64,000 nt of DNA. It comes from Eledone cirrhosa (Eukaryota). Shown one piece after another: positions 26,946 to 41,451 of the stretch. The translations under genes were made by a program, and so were the position numbers. The notes beneath the pieces are model-generated. The model was not told the DNA's origin. It saw nothing but the letters and a program-made list of their open reading frames with translations, and did no database searches. The stretch is taken from assembly GCA_964016885.1 (NCBI GenBank), contig OZ024765.1, positions 10,974,001-11,038,000 of the forward strand, given 5' to 3'. Position 1 is the first letter of the stretch. Each line of letters starts with the position of its first letter.

Positions 26946-27000
26946 ACTGCTATATATATTTCAGTGACAGCCATCTTTGGCTGTGACCTCTTCAGGCAGT
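26946..27000 (-). ncRNA. Minimal hammerhead ribozyme
   Basis: Minus strand reads ACTGC CTGAAGA GGTCACAGCCA AAGA TGGCTGTCACT GAAA TATATA TA GCAGT. Confidence 0.85.
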
Positions 27001-27341
27001 TTGAATTAGTGTGGTATAGACTAGTACATATGTTGTTTAGGTGTATGATATTGTCAATACTCTGATATGCCCAGTTCCTTATTGGGTTGTTATTTCACTG
27101 GGGAACTTTCTATATATATATATATATAGAAAGGATAAAAAGGACGATTGATTATTTCTTCATTGCATTTATTGATAGGTGACGCGCGTTTTGCCACTGA
27201 TCAGCTCAAGGTTCGATCTATATCGATCCTACCCGACTCAATAATCAGCAGCTCGACAGACCCTCTTAAAATGCAAAGAAGGAATAATCAATCGTCCTTT
27301 TTATCCTTTCTATATATTACACTCTGTATGAGATCGTGTAG

Positions 27342-27702
27342 GTGTCACGACAAAAAACACACAGTCCACGCTGTAATGTTGCCGTGTAGGCAACACGGTA
27401 AAAACCTCCCAGCCCCACACTGTAAATGTGGTTGGTGTTAGGAAGGGCATCCAGCTGTAGAAAACCCGCCAGACAGTCCACGCTGTAATGTGGCCGTGTA
27501 GGCAACACAGTAAAAACCTCCCAGCCCCACACTGTAAATGTGGTTGGTGTTAGGAAGGGCATCCAACTGTAGAAAACCTGCCAGACAGTCCTATGCGAGC
27601 AAGACAACCACTCTTGCCTCAAGTGGGAAAACCCCCGTCCAAACCCATGCAAGCGTGGAACACGGACGCTAAACCTGATGATGATGATGATGATGATGAT
27701 GA
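27342..27702 (+). mobile_element. SINE 3' fragment with internal 113-bp duplication and (ATG)n tail (related copies 22316-22550, 57818-58020, 58486-58745, all minus)
   Basis: GGTTGGTGTTAGGAAGGGCATCCA occurs twice, followed by tail AACCCATGCAAGCGTGGAA..GGACG.TAAA(ATG)n. Confidence 0.8.
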
Positions 27703-27779
27703 TACCTCATCACAGAAGTGAACCTAAACATCGAGTGCTCTCCCGGGTGAACCTGCAGTAACTCCTAGTTACACCCACT

Positions 27780-27825
<46 letters not shown>

Positions 27826-28402
27826 ATAATAATAATTTGAAGACTAAAATCCAAAGAGGGCTCGATAAGGATAAATATATATCAAATATATAAGAACCGT
27901 AGAGCAAATATTTATTAAAATAACAGATTAAAGTTTAAGCAAAGAATCGCTGCTTTCACCCTTAACGGGATCTTCTGAAACTAACAAAGTCAATCTGTAA
28001 ACGCAGAACTGGATATTTCAAAAAACGTTGCAACCGGAGGAAGACAGGAAGACGATACTTTGGTTCATGGTGACGTTCGCTGGCAAAGAACGGGATTGCC
28101 AGAGAACGTCTCTATGCACCACCTAAGAGAACATTAGTCTACGACCTCTTTTATACCATAAACGTGGTTCTGTCTTTGCATGTAATTGTTTTTCACCGCT
28201 CCTATTAATGACGTATTATTCGTTTTTTCCCGTTCTTTGCCAGCGAACGTCACCATGAACCAAAGTATCGTCTTCCTCCGGTTGCAACGTTTTTTGAAAT
28301 ATCCAGTTCTGCGTTTACAGATTGACTTTGTTAGTTTCAGAAGATCCCGTTAAGGGTGAAAGCAGCGATTCTTTGCTTAAACTTTAATCTGTTATTTTAA
28401 TA

Positions 28403-28475
<73 letters not shown>

Positions 28476-28631
28476 CCACATGATGATGCTAAAACTATGG
28501 GTGAGTTGCTATAGGAACAATACTGCTGTGTTTTCAACAATCCTGATATGGTTGGCCTGGGCTGGAGCAATGATGTTAACACCCAACACACCATATCTGA
28601 CATAACATTTAGTGCCCCTGCCAGTGATGGA

Positions 28632-29862
28632 GAGCACTTATTCCTGAGAAGGTCGTAGGGGCAGAGTCCTCAAACACTCCTTCCAGCGGGTCCTGTCAGA
28701 AGCAACCGTCTCCAGCTGATCCAGCTGGATCCCCAAGTGAGACCACCCAAGCTCTGGATATTATCCAATCATCTCTCTCGAGGATCTACCCTGGGTCTCT
28801 CACCGGTTGGGTTTGTCCGTAAAATCTGTCCAGTGATTCTTTCCTGAGACATTCTAACCACATGTCCATAGTATCAGAGCTGTGATCTCTCAATTCAGAG
28901 AAGTAGCAGCTCTACCTGGAGTGACTCTCTGATCTCTGAGCTACAAATATGTCCAACAATTCTTTCCTGAGACATTCAAACCACATGTTCATAGTATCAG
29001 AGCTGTGGTCTCTCAATTCAGAGAAGTAGCAGCTCTACCTGGAGTGACTCTCTGATCTCTGAGCTACAAATATGTCCAACAATTCTTTCCTGAGACATTC
29101 AAACCACATGTTCATAGTATCAGAGCTGTGGTCTCTCAATTCAGAGAAGTAGCAGCTTTACCTGGAGTGACTCTCTGATCTCTGAGCTACAAATATGTCC
29201 AACAATTCTTTCCTGAGACATTCAAACCACATGTTCATAGTATCAGAGCTGTGGTCTCTCAATTCGGAGAAGTAGCAGCTTTACCTGGAGTGACTCTCTG
29301 ATCTCTGAGCTACAAATATCTACAACAATTCTTTCCTGAGACATTCAAACCACATGTTCATAGTATCAGAGCTGTGGTCTCTCAATTCGGAGCAGTAGCA
29401 GCTCTACCTGGAGTGACTCTCTGATCTCTGAGCTACAAATATCTCCAACAATTCTTTCCTGAGACATTCTAACCACATGTCCATAGTATCAGAGCTGTGA
29501 TCTCTCAATTCGGAGAAGTAGCAGCTTTACCTGGAGTGACTCTCTGATCTCTGAGCTACAAATATCTCCAACAATTCTTTCCTGAGACATTCAAACCACA
29601 TGTCCATAGTATCAGAGCTGTGGTCTCTCAATTCAGAGAAGTAGCAGCTCTACCTGGAGTGACTCTCTCATCTTCGAGCTACAAATATCTCCAACAATTC
29701 TTTCCTGAGACATTCTAATCACATGTCCATAGTATCACAGCTGTGATCTCTCAATTCGGAGAAGTAGCAGCTCTACCTGGAGTAACTCTCTGGTCTCCGA
29801 GCTACAAATATCTCCAACAATTATTTCCTGAGACATTCTAACCACATGCCCATAGTATCAGC
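28632..29862 (-). mobile_element. RTE-like LINE 3' fragment with a 123-bp segment tandemly amplified about 8 times
   Basis: Minus strand reads LRIERSQL*YYGHVVRMSQERITGQIL...WLDNI...DRTRWKECLRTLP. The period is 123 bp (28838, 28961, 29084, 29207...). A related fragment lies at 2880-2946. Confidence 0.85.
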
Positions 29863-30582
29863 TGACCAATCCTAGACACCAAAAATTAAATACATTCAAA
29901 GTTATTGCTATCATTATTGACGATATGGGTCTTCTTTTTTATTATATTATTCCAAAATGTTAATGTGTTTATTCAAGTGTTATGGTAATAGTTTTGGTAG
30001 CCAACGGAATTGGGAAACAGAAGAAATGAACCCAACAAATAACAAACAAGGTTAGATAATTTAATAAATATTAGTTATTAGTATTTTTTATAGGGTACAC
30101 TATACTTACCTTCCATCTGTAAAAACAAAATTGTTTCCATTTCTTACTCTTGTGTATCGTCATACTTCTACTATCTTCTGATGAAGGGCTAACATCAGAA
30201 ACATTCCTACTGTATCAAGTGCTAAACAACTATATATCATCGTTGTACTGTATTGTTGTCCTTCCATCTTGTTTTTCCTTGTTGACTTTTCACACACACA
30301 CAGACACACACACATATATATATATATATAATTTTAACTCTTTGATATTAGAGATAGAACAGATACTCTATACTATTTCCTGTCAGCATGGCTTGGCTAC
30401 ATATTTAGAACGCTGGTTTGAGACCTTTATTTCCCTCTGAAGAAGAGATATTATCTCGAAAATTAAGGACATTTAAATAAATTTAAGGTAAAGGACGAAT
30501 TGTCAACTATATCTTTTACAATTGCATTCTTTTTTCTATGTCCATACCTGCATTGTTTTGGCTTTATTACACATATTCAAAC

Positions 30583-30645
<63 letters not shown>

Positions 30646-30673
30646 AAGGGAACAGCACAATATAATCTTTCTT

Positions 30674-30735
30674 CTGATGAGCGAACTAGACATATGTTTA
30701 TATTGTCTAGGGTCCTGAAACCTTTGGTAATGGGT
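30674..30735 (+). ncRNA. Hammerhead-like motif (stem I degraded)
   Basis: CTGATGA GCGAACTAGACA...TGTCTAGGGTCCT GAAA CC TTT GG TA. The same 3' half (GAAACCTCTGGTAATGAGG) recurs at about 43447. Confidence 0.55.
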
Positions 30736-30746
30736 TGTTATATATT

Positions 30747-31278
30747 GTCATCATTTTACGTCCGCTTTTCCCTGCTTGCAAGGGTGGGACGGGTCTTATT
30801 CAGCACAGCATCTCTCCACTCGTCATGGTCCTTCATCATTTCCACCGTGAGCTTCAATGATCTGAGGTCTGTTCTCACCACCTCCGCCCATGTTTTTCGT
30901 GGTCTACCTCTACCACGTCTTCCTTCAATTGGCATTTCCTCCTGGCACTTCTTCACCCATCCGGTCATCCTCCATGCGCATCACATGTCCATACCACCTC
31001 AGTCTCCTCTCCCGTACACTACATTCTATCCCTCTCAGACACAGTTTCTCTCTCAACACATTTATGCTGGGTCGTTCACGCACATTTACACTGCACATCC
31101 AACGGAGCATGCTTGCCTCATTTCTCTCCAGCCGTCGCATATCCTAGCAACTGCAGAGGATATGCGACGGCTGGAGAGAAATGAGGCAAGCATGCTCCGT
31201 TGGATGTGCAGTGTAAATGTGCATGAACGACCCAGCATAAATGTGTTGAGAGAGAAACTGTGTCTGAGAGGGATAGAA
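30747..31278 (-). mobile_element. RTE LINE 3' fragment with inverted 5' duplication
   Basis: Same family as 23678. 31024-31145 is repeated in inverted orientation within 31146-31278. Confidence 0.9.
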
Positions 31279-31758
31279 CCCGATCATTGAAATGATGATA
31301 GTATAATAAACCTTTCAAGGATTTACACAAGTCCAGCCTGCTGTCATTTTATTATAATATTTAACTCCGTACTCGCACCGCCAACTACACAAACGAAGAC
31401 GGTCGAGCTGCTTTACGTTGAGTGCTCTCCATATTATTACATCAAGATTGACCAGTTCTATCCAGTGGTGAACCTTCAAACCTAAATATATATATATATA
31501 TATATAGGAACCAGTAAGACCCCGACGGCTGAGCTCAAGCCGTTTCGACGGCTAATTCTGGACGAACATCTGGACTAACATTCTGGACTAACATTTTAGT
31601 CCAGAATTAGCCGTCGAAACGGCTTGAGCTCAGCCGGCGGGGTCTTACTGGTTCCTATTACCCACTCTACTACCCCAAGTATTGAGTACTTTGGTGCGTT
31701 ATGGTCCACCTGGTTCCTTACCACATTTCCTTCGTTATATATATATATATATATATAT

Positions 31759-31980
31759 AGTGAAGGCATGTGGCTGAGTGGTTAGAGAATTGTATTCGCA
31801 ATCGTATGGTTGTGAGTTCGATTCCTGGACCAGGCGATGCGTTATGTCCTTGAGCAAGACACTTTATTTCACGTTGCTCCTTCTACCTGGAGTTGCGACC
31901 GATAGATAGTATTAGCAATTGGAAAGACCAACGGAAACATTGTTCCCTCGGTCCGATTTGACAAAAAAGTCGATCGTTCC
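31759..31980 (+). mobile_element. Second CORE-type tRNA-SINE family (copies at 36713-36932 minus, 50365-50560 plus)
   Basis: TGGCTGAGTGG A-box, GAGTTCGATTCC B-box, GTCCTTGAGCAAGACACTT core, and a distinct 3' tail ending TCGATCGTTCC. Confidence 0.85.
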
Positions 31981-32387
31981 TATATATATATATATATGTA
32001 TCCAGGGAGTGTAACGTGAAGTTACTGTAGGTTCATCCAGGTGAGTACTCGATGTTTAGGTTCACGTCGGTGGTGAGGTGTAGAGCTAGACAGAGTGTAA
32101 TATAATAATACAAGGATGGTTTGTGAAGACTTCATTACGGTCATTGATTGGTGACACACGTTTCGCTATTGATCAGACCAAGGTTCGATCTGTATTGATT
32201 TGGCCCGACTCTGGAAGGAATCAAAAGCTTGTTGGACCTCTGCATTACAACAGCAGATGTGTGATGAGCTTTTGATTCCAGAGTTGGGCCAGATCAATAC
32301 AGATCAAACCTTGGTCTGATCAATAGCGAAACGTGTGTCACCAATCAATAAACGTAATGAAGGCTTCACAAATTATCTTTCTATTAT

Positions 32388-32439
<52 letters not shown>

Positions 32440-32442
32440 TAC

Positions 32443-32537
<95 letters not shown>

Positions 32538-32906
32538 TACATATATATATATACACATATATACATATATATATATACACATATATACATATATATATAT
32601 ACACATATATACATATACACATATATATATACACATATATATATACACATATATATATACATATATATATGTATATATACATATATATATACATATACAT
32701 ATACATATATATATATATATACACATATATACATATATATATACATATACACATATATACATATATATATACATATACACATATATACATATATATATAC
32801 ATATACACATATATACACATATATATATATACACATATATATATACACATATATACACATATATATACATATATATATGCATATATATATACATATACAT
32901 ATACAC

Positions 32907-32957
<51 letters not shown>

Positions 32958-33026
32958 TACATATATATATACATATATATATGCATATATATATACATAT
33001 ACATATATATATATATACACATATAT

Positions 33027-33066
<40 letters not shown>

Positions 33067-33313
33067 TATTTAAACAAGATTCAATGAGTACATCAAAGAA
33101 TGAGTTTTACAGTAGATTGGAAGCACTCTACAGCAAAATATTTTCCAGAGTTATTAATATTAAAATACAAATATTAATAAAATAGATGTTCTTTTGATCA
33201 ATTACATTTTATTATACATATTTCAGAGGTAGAACAGTACGTCCTCATCAGACATCAGTACCTTGATTAAATCTTAACCATTTAACATCTCAGAGTATGT
33301 CATGTATCATTAT

Positions 33314-33366
33314 ATTTTGTCTGATGAGGACGTACTGTTGTACCTCTGAAATATGTATAATAAAAT
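33314..33366 (+). ncRNA. Minimal hammerhead ribozyme (mirror copy at about 33206-33254, minus)
   Basis: ATTTTGT CTGATGA GGACGTAC TGTT GTACCTCT GAAA TATGTA TA ATAAAAT. Confidence 0.75.
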
Positions 33367-33406
33367 TTAATTGATCAAAAGAACATCTATTTTATTAATA
33401 TTTGTA

Positions 33407-33445
<39 letters not shown>

Positions 33446-33632
33446 CGAAGGAAATGTGGTAAGGAACCAGGTGGACCATAACGCACCAAAGTACTCAATA
33501 CTTAGGGTAGTAGAGTGGGTAATAGGAACAAGTAAGACCCCGACGGCTGAGCTCAAGCCGTTTCGACGGCTAATTCAGTACAGAATTAGCCGTCAAAACG
33601 GCTTGAGCTCAGCCGTCGGGGTCTTACTTGTT

Positions 33633-33695
<63 letters not shown>

Positions 33696-35288
33696 GCACA
33701 TATATACATATATACACACATCATCATCATCATCATTTTACGTCTGCTTTTCGCTGCTTGCAAGGGTGGGACTACACATTTATATATATATATATATACA
33801 TATTTAAATATAGATAGATAGATATACAAATGGTGACTTGTACAATTTTTTTTTTCCTTTATTTCAATAAAAAAAAACAAACAAAAAATAAACAAACAAA
33901 CCACACATAAAAAACAACAACTCAACACATTAAAATAGAATCTTTTTTTAAACCATCATTAAACATCACCATCACCATCATCATCATCATCATCAGCAAG
34001 ACCAACAACAACAAACTAAAAATAACTATTATCTTATCACCACATTGAAAACTTGCCTTCTTTCTCTTTATATACATACATGTATGTGTATATATACGTA
34101 TATGTATATATATATATATATATGCATTTATAATATACATATATATATATATATATATATATGCATTTATAATATACATATATATGCATATATTTGTGCA
34201 TGTATATATGTACATTATATATAGATGGACATATATATGTATGAAGCATGCATGTATGTATATATATATATATACATATATAAGTATATACATATATATA
34301 TATATATATACATACATATATGTATATATATATACATATATAAGTATATACATATATATATATATATGTGTAATATAGAATATATATATATACATATATA
34401 TACATGTATGTATATATATATATACATGTATGTATATATATATATATGTATATACATATGTGTATGTATATATATATATACACATACATATGTATGTATA
34501 TACATATATATACATGTATATGTATATATATGTATATATATATATACACACACACACACACATATATATACTTTTTGGCTTTTGTTCTTACCCATCTTTT
34601 TATTGAATTTTTTTCTAATTTTTTTTGTTTAAAAAATTTTCTTTTATTTCACCAAAAAAAAAAACAAAAAAAAAAACAAAAGACTTTTTGTTTTATCTAT
34701 CTGTCTACATCTCTCTCTCTCTCTCTTGTTTTATCTACATCTCTCTCTCTTGCTTGTTTTATCTACATCTCTCTCTCTTGCTTGTTTTATCTACATCTCT
34801 CTGTCTCACTCTTTCATTCTATATCATTATCTACATCTCTCTCAGACTTTACCTAATTATCTACGTCTCTCTCTCTCTTTCGTTTTACATAATTATCTAC
34901 ATCTCTCTCATACTTTACCTATTTATCTACGTCTCTCTCTCTCTCTCTCTCTTTCCTTTTACATAATTATCTACATCTCTCTCAGACTTTACCTATTTAT
35001 CTACATCTATCTTTCTCTCTCTTTTTTGTTTGATCTATTTATCTAAGTCTCTCTCTCATATTTGCCTACCTCTCTCTCTCTCTCTCCTTTTATCTATATA
35101 TCCACCTCTCTCTCTCTTCTCTCTCATTTCATCTATATAAATCTCTCTCTCCTTTTATCTATCTAAGTCTCTCCCTCTCTCTCTGTTGCACTGTATCTAA
35201 GTCTCGCTCTCTTTCTCTCCACATCCATCTATATATCTATTTTACTATATATTCTTATGGCTATCAGTTCATTTACATACTTCACTGC

Positions 35289-35332
<44 letters not shown>

Positions 35333-35408
35333 ATATCTATCTATCTGTCTATGTCTATCTATCTGTCAGTTTATATGTGTCTAGACTTTTCGGCTGCCTT
35401 GTATGTGA

Positions 35409-35473
<65 letters not shown>

Positions 35474-35744
35474 TATATATATATATTTATATGTATACAT
35501 ATTTATATGTATTTTGTATTTCTGCTCTGTAATACATCTGGTAATTTACATTGAGATATTTTTCTCACTGGTAATCGGGTAGTACAACATACTACCCTTT
35601 CGTATTTATAATTGTATATAGTTTATATATAAGTATAAATACTATTATTATCATATATATTTATATATGTATCATCATCATCACCGTTGAACGTCCATAT
35701 AGAGAGATGATCAGGATCAATTATATATCAATTGTATATATAAT

Positions 35745-35808
35745 TCATCCTGATGATATAAAGGTATAGTCAATAATATTGACAGAGAATGAAACATATG
35801 TAATCAAA
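35745..35808 (+). ncRNA. Degenerate hammerhead-like motif
   Basis: CTGATGA ...GTCAATA A TATTGAC... GAAA CATATG TA, with palindromic stem III but poor stems I and II. Confidence 0.45.
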
Positions 35809-35964
35809 TAAAGTATTAACTGATGGTGACCTATTTTCTCACTAATCTAGATATAGAATAAACCATATTTTAGTTTCAAATATCTAAACGTCTTACTGTT
35901 GAATTATCAACTTATAGAATTGACTATATATATATATAAATACATACATATATTATATATATAT

Positions 35965-36006
<42 letters not shown>

Positions 36007-36126
36007 GTTGTAGTATGCTTGAAGTATTGTTGAATAGGAAATATAAATTTAAATAATTTTGAAAACCATACAATGCATTAGAAAATGAAAGGTGTAATAC
36101 ATTGTATGATTTTCAAAATTATTTAA

Positions 36127-36160
<34 letters not shown>

Positions 36161-36351
36161 GAAATGCATCGACGATTGTCTCCCTTGCTTCTTCTGGACA
36201 CCACCAGTGAGTGTTAGCTCCAGTGTTTTATGCATATAGCTATGGCTTTCTAAATGTTTACCTGTAAACATACCCTGTTTCTTTAGAAATACAAAATTTC
36301 TATACATATCTGTATACAGCTATGTTTGAAGCTAAATCCTAATTCTATTCT

Positions 36352-36418
<67 letters not shown>

Positions 36419-36419
36419 G

Positions 36420-36450
<31 letters not shown>

Positions 36451-37686
36451 TGTTCTGAAGAGGCGAATTCTCCTTGCTGATGAAGCTACTCTTAGCTGAA
36501 ATTACATAAGGCTTAATAGCATTACCTAGTTTTCTGTGAACATCAGCTCCATATGTTCTTCTCACTATTTAACATATTAGTGTGCACTCTGTTTTCATTT
36601 GGGTTGTTATCTTAAGGAAACTGGCTTAAATAAAACATTGAGTGAGTGGGAAAGTGATCGAAGATTTTCTGGTCATATTAGATGACTTTGTTTCAGTAAT
36701 ATTATATATATTTGGAACGATCGACTTTCGTCAAATCGGACCGAGGGAACAATGTTTCCGTCGGTCTTTCCAATTGCTAATACTATCTATCGGTCGCAAC
36801 TCCAGGTAGAAGGAGCAACGTGAAATAAAGTGTCTTGCTCGAGGACATAACGCATCGCCTGGTCCAGGAATCGAACTCACAACCTTACGATTGCGAATCC
36901 AATTCTCTAACCACTCAGCCACACGCCTTCACTATATATATATATATATATATAAATTAACTTGAAAATAGACTTTTGAAATGTGAGTGTATTAAGATTT
37001 TCAGGAAAATGGGAAAACTCGGCGTATAGAAGCTGTTAGTACAGCAAAATACTGTTGAAGCGGCGTTGGGTAAAATATTACCCTGAAGGATAGAGATCAG
37101 TGGCTAGATGTGAGTTGACTCAAAGGAAGGAAGAGAAGATCGGATGGGGGGGGGGGAAAAAGAATGGATGAAAGTGAACAGGTCACAAACATTAAAATCT
37201 GCTCTTCAGATCTCAACATCCTGCAGTTTCGATGAATTAACGAGATTACTGTGGGGAATAGGAAGCTCGTAACGGACAAATAAATATCTTCGTTCATATA
37301 ATGTTTGCGTTGGGACAGGTTAGAGAGAAAGATGGAGTGCGTCTGATAGACCTCAAGTCTTCGCGAGAAGGGAATAATATTGGCGTTGTAAGTAGAGCTG
37401 GCCTGTAGAAGGGAGTATTATATATATGTGTATAAATATATATATAACTATATATATATATATTTATCCATATATATATATATATGTATTTATCCATGTA
37501 TATATATATATATTTATCCATGTATATATATATATATATATTTATCCATATATATATATATGGATAAATATATATATATATATATACATGGATAAATATA
37601 TATATATATAACTATATATATTTATCCCTATATATATATGGATAAATATATATATATATAACTATATATATATGACTATATATATA

Positions 37687-37753
<67 letters not shown>

Positions 37754-38232
37754 CTATATATATATATTTATCCCTATATATATATGGATAAATATATATA
37801 TATAACTATATATAACTATATATATATATTTATATATAATTTTCAACATCTAGCTAATAGGTTCACAGCAAATTCCTTATGGATACTTATTACACTGGAT
37901 ATTGCTAGTAAATTCCGTGGATGGTGAATTCCATTGCAAGGTAAATATATAATACATTAGAAGCCAATATATTATTGATATATCCATTATCATGCAATTT
38001 ATCTGTAGAGTAAATACACAGGTAAACATTAACTTTTATGATATCAGTTCACATGAAACTGTCCTGGTTATCTGATATCCAACAGTTTATTTTAAAATGT
38101 TTGTACTTATCTTATATATATATATGCTAAACATGTTTTGTTTTCATTGTTGAATATACACACACACATACAGATATATTATATACATACATAAATGTTG
38201 AACACCTTGTTTTCATTGTTCAACATATATAC

Positions 38233-38280
<48 letters not shown>

Positions 38281-39399
38281 TATATATATATAAGATTTAA
38301 TATAGAAATGGCTTCTACAGGACTAGAACTGTTTCATTTGAAGGAAATCATCAGGAAATGATTTCCTTTGAATGAAACAGTTCTATTCCTGTAGAAGGCA
38401 TTTCTATATTAAATTTTGTATATACTCTACTATGTATTTAGTACCTTACTTACTGTGGTTACCCCTGATTGAACCTGGGACTCATATATATATATATATA
38501 TATTTAATATAGAAATGGCTTGTACAGGACTAGAACTGAAACAGTTCTAGTCCTGTAGAAACCATTTATATATTAAATATATATATCAATATATATGTGT
38601 GTGTGTTCAACACACACACATACAAACACACACATATATATATATGTTAAACAATGAAAATAAAAGGTGAAGTTTAGAACTAAATCAGTTCATTGTTTGA
38701 CGATCAATTCAGAAGGTTGATTGATTAGGATAAATCGATATTAGTTATGTAACTCCATAATAATAATCCCAATACTATTGATAATATGGAAATTATATTA
38801 TTACTAAGACTTTCCGAATTCTTAATTTTCAAAATTATTTACAAATCATAGACAATGTATATTATTACAAATATGGTAATGGCAGTTGAAGTGTTTATAT
38901 TTATCTAAAAACATCCCATTATAACTTTATGTAAGAACCTATGTCAAGTTATTTTCCAAACACCAACTTAGTAATGAGAAAACTATTTTACTAAATACTT
39001 GATCATTTTCAAAATTATTTGAAAACCACATGCAGAGTCTTTCATTAGAAACATGGAAACACAAGAGTTAAAGTATTTATATTCATCTAAAAATCTTCCA
39101 TCACAAATTTATGTTGTGGGTTCAATTCCTGGACAGGGTTGTGTGTTGTGTTCTTGAGCAAAACACTTCATTTCATGTGGCTCAAGTATACTTAGCTGAA
39201 AATGAGTACCAGCAGCAGTTGGGAGCTTAACCCTGTGATGGACTGGTGTCCTGTCCAGGGGAAGTTTTGAACTCTCAGTCACTTAACACCACAGAAACCG
39301 GGCTAAGCACTGGCTCTAATGAGCCTTTCGGCTTGAATTAGACTTCAGGCATGAGACAGTTTTATATAAGAACCTTTGTCAAGTTATTTTTGTCTTTCA

Positions 39400-39905
39400 T
39401 TTGAAATATGGTGGAGGGCACTCCGTCGGTTATGATGATGGCTGGTCCAGTTGATCTGATCAACGGAACAGCCTGCTTGTAAAATTAACGTGCAAGTGGC
39501 TGAGCATTCCAAAACATGCGTACCCTTAACATAGTTCTCAGGGAGATTCGGCATGACAGAATGTGAAAAGGGTGGCCCTTCAAATTACAGGTAGAACTCA
39601 TTTTTGCCAACTGAGTGAACTGGAGCAACGTGAAATAAAGTGTCTTGCTGAAGGACACATTGAACTGGAGCAACGTGAAATAAAGTGTCTTGCTGAAGGA
39701 CACAGTGAACTGGAGCAACGTGAAATAAAGTGTCTTGCTGAAGGACACAGTGAACTGGAGAAACGTGAAATAAAGTGTTTTGTTGAAGGACACAGTGAAC
39801 TGGAGCAGCGTCAAATAAAGTGTCTTGCTGAAGGACACAGTGTGACTCCGGGAATCAAACTCACGACCTTACGATCATGAGCCAAATTTCCTAACCACAA
39901 AGCTT
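39400..39905 (-). mobile_element. CORE-type SINE with five tandem 45-bp copies of its core
   Basis: Unit GTGAACTGGAGCAACGTGAAATAAAGTGTCTTGCTGAAGGACACA at 39615-39841. Confidence 0.82.
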
Positions 39906-40314
39906 TCACTGGCAATATGGTAATTAGTGGGTTAAGTAACATTGCTCATAATTTTTTTTTTGTCTTTTAAAATATTCTCCCTCCTTTCATTTAAAATAGT
40001 TTTATATTTTTAGTGCATTTTAGTTATCCTATTTTTAAAACTAAATTTGGTTTGTTATATTTTTTCATGAACATGTCAAGGAAATTTGATAATAATCATT
40101 CTTTTGTTTGTTTTTGGTCTTTGAATTCCTCTTCCATTGTTAATTAAATTCGATGTATTTACTCTCTGAATAAAAAAAAACAAAACTTTAAATAATGTTT
40201 AGTAATATATTTATTTTGCTGATAAAAAGCATGACTATGAATTTTCTGAGGATATATTTTGGCATGATGATGATATTAACCCTTTAGCATTTACATTACT
40301 CTATATATATACTA

Positions 40315-40907
40315 CTAGCAGAATGGCCCAGTGTTGCTCGGGATTTGCTCTAGGGTTCTTATATATTTAATATATATTTATCCTTATCGAGCCTCGTGAA
40401 ATAAATGTTTGTTTATATTTTGCTATTGTGTATGCAAAAATATCTGTACACGAATATATAATTATATATCTATATTAAAATAACAGATTAAAGTTTAAGC
40501 AAAGAAACGCTGCTTTAACCCTTAACGGGATCTTCTGAAACTAAAAAAATCAATCTGTGACCACAGAAGTAAATATTTCGAAAAACGTTACACACTACAT
40601 ATACATATATACACACAGCATCATAATGTCGTAATGCAGACAGCCAGGCATATAGACAGATATTATAAGAATACAACGTTATATCTATGTATCTATCTAA
40701 AAAAAAAGACTAAGAATTATAGAGAGAGATCGCTAAATCGCCTAATGCAGTCCCTAGGGCATTGGAAATTTGAAATTGTTTTTGCTCAAAACACTCACAG
40801 GATCATAAGTATTACATGTGTAAAGTTGGAAAACAATCGGTTGGGTGGTTCTCGAGTTTTAGGGAGTCAGACAGACAGACAGACATTCTCTGTTTTAGAT
40901 ATATAGA
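40315..40907 (-). mobile_element. Non-autonomous Helitron-like element nested in a piggyBac-like MITE
   Basis: The minus strand starts TCTATATATCTAAAACAGAGAATG(TCTG)n and ends CCCGAGCAACACTGGG-CCATTCTG-CTAG (subterminal hairpin plus CTAG). It is inserted between A and T with no TSD. Confidence 0.75.
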
Positions 40908-41451
40908 TTATATTTTCACAATAAATTCTTTATCTCACATAATATCGAATCTATGAGATTTTGATATTTATTTTGAGAACAATACCTTAACATAAGTATG
41001 AGTGGCTTGTTACAGCCGGTTTGAACAGAAAGAGGTGAGAGAATTCTGGCCGGACACGACCGGTTTAAATCTTCTTTGCTTTTCTCTCTAACCCAACCTA
41101 TGTTGTTCAATGAACCATGTTTAAATGTCTGTTGTCTCTAACCCAGCTAATTTCCAGTTAATCCAGTTTAACCCTTTAGCATTTTCATTACTCTATATTT
41201 ACTATTGTATCTTCATGGTAAAGGCTTTACCTCATATAATTATCTCACATAATATTACTGGTACTTTATATCATCGACCCCGTAAGGATTAAAGGCAAAG
41301 TTAACCTCGGCGGGATTTGAACTCATAACAAAAAGGGCCTTAACTCTATAATATTGAAAGGTGGTAGCGCTGGTGTATGACAAAAAGCACCCAGTCTATT
41401 CTATAAGGTTGTAGTGCGGGTGTAACGATAAAAAGCACCCATTTCTCCCTT

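Noticed and set aside
36960-37420. Possible LINE endonuclease remnant (FYRP..., DFNV-like words on the minus strand)
   Set aside because: The motifs lie in different frames and are too degenerate to assign by eye.
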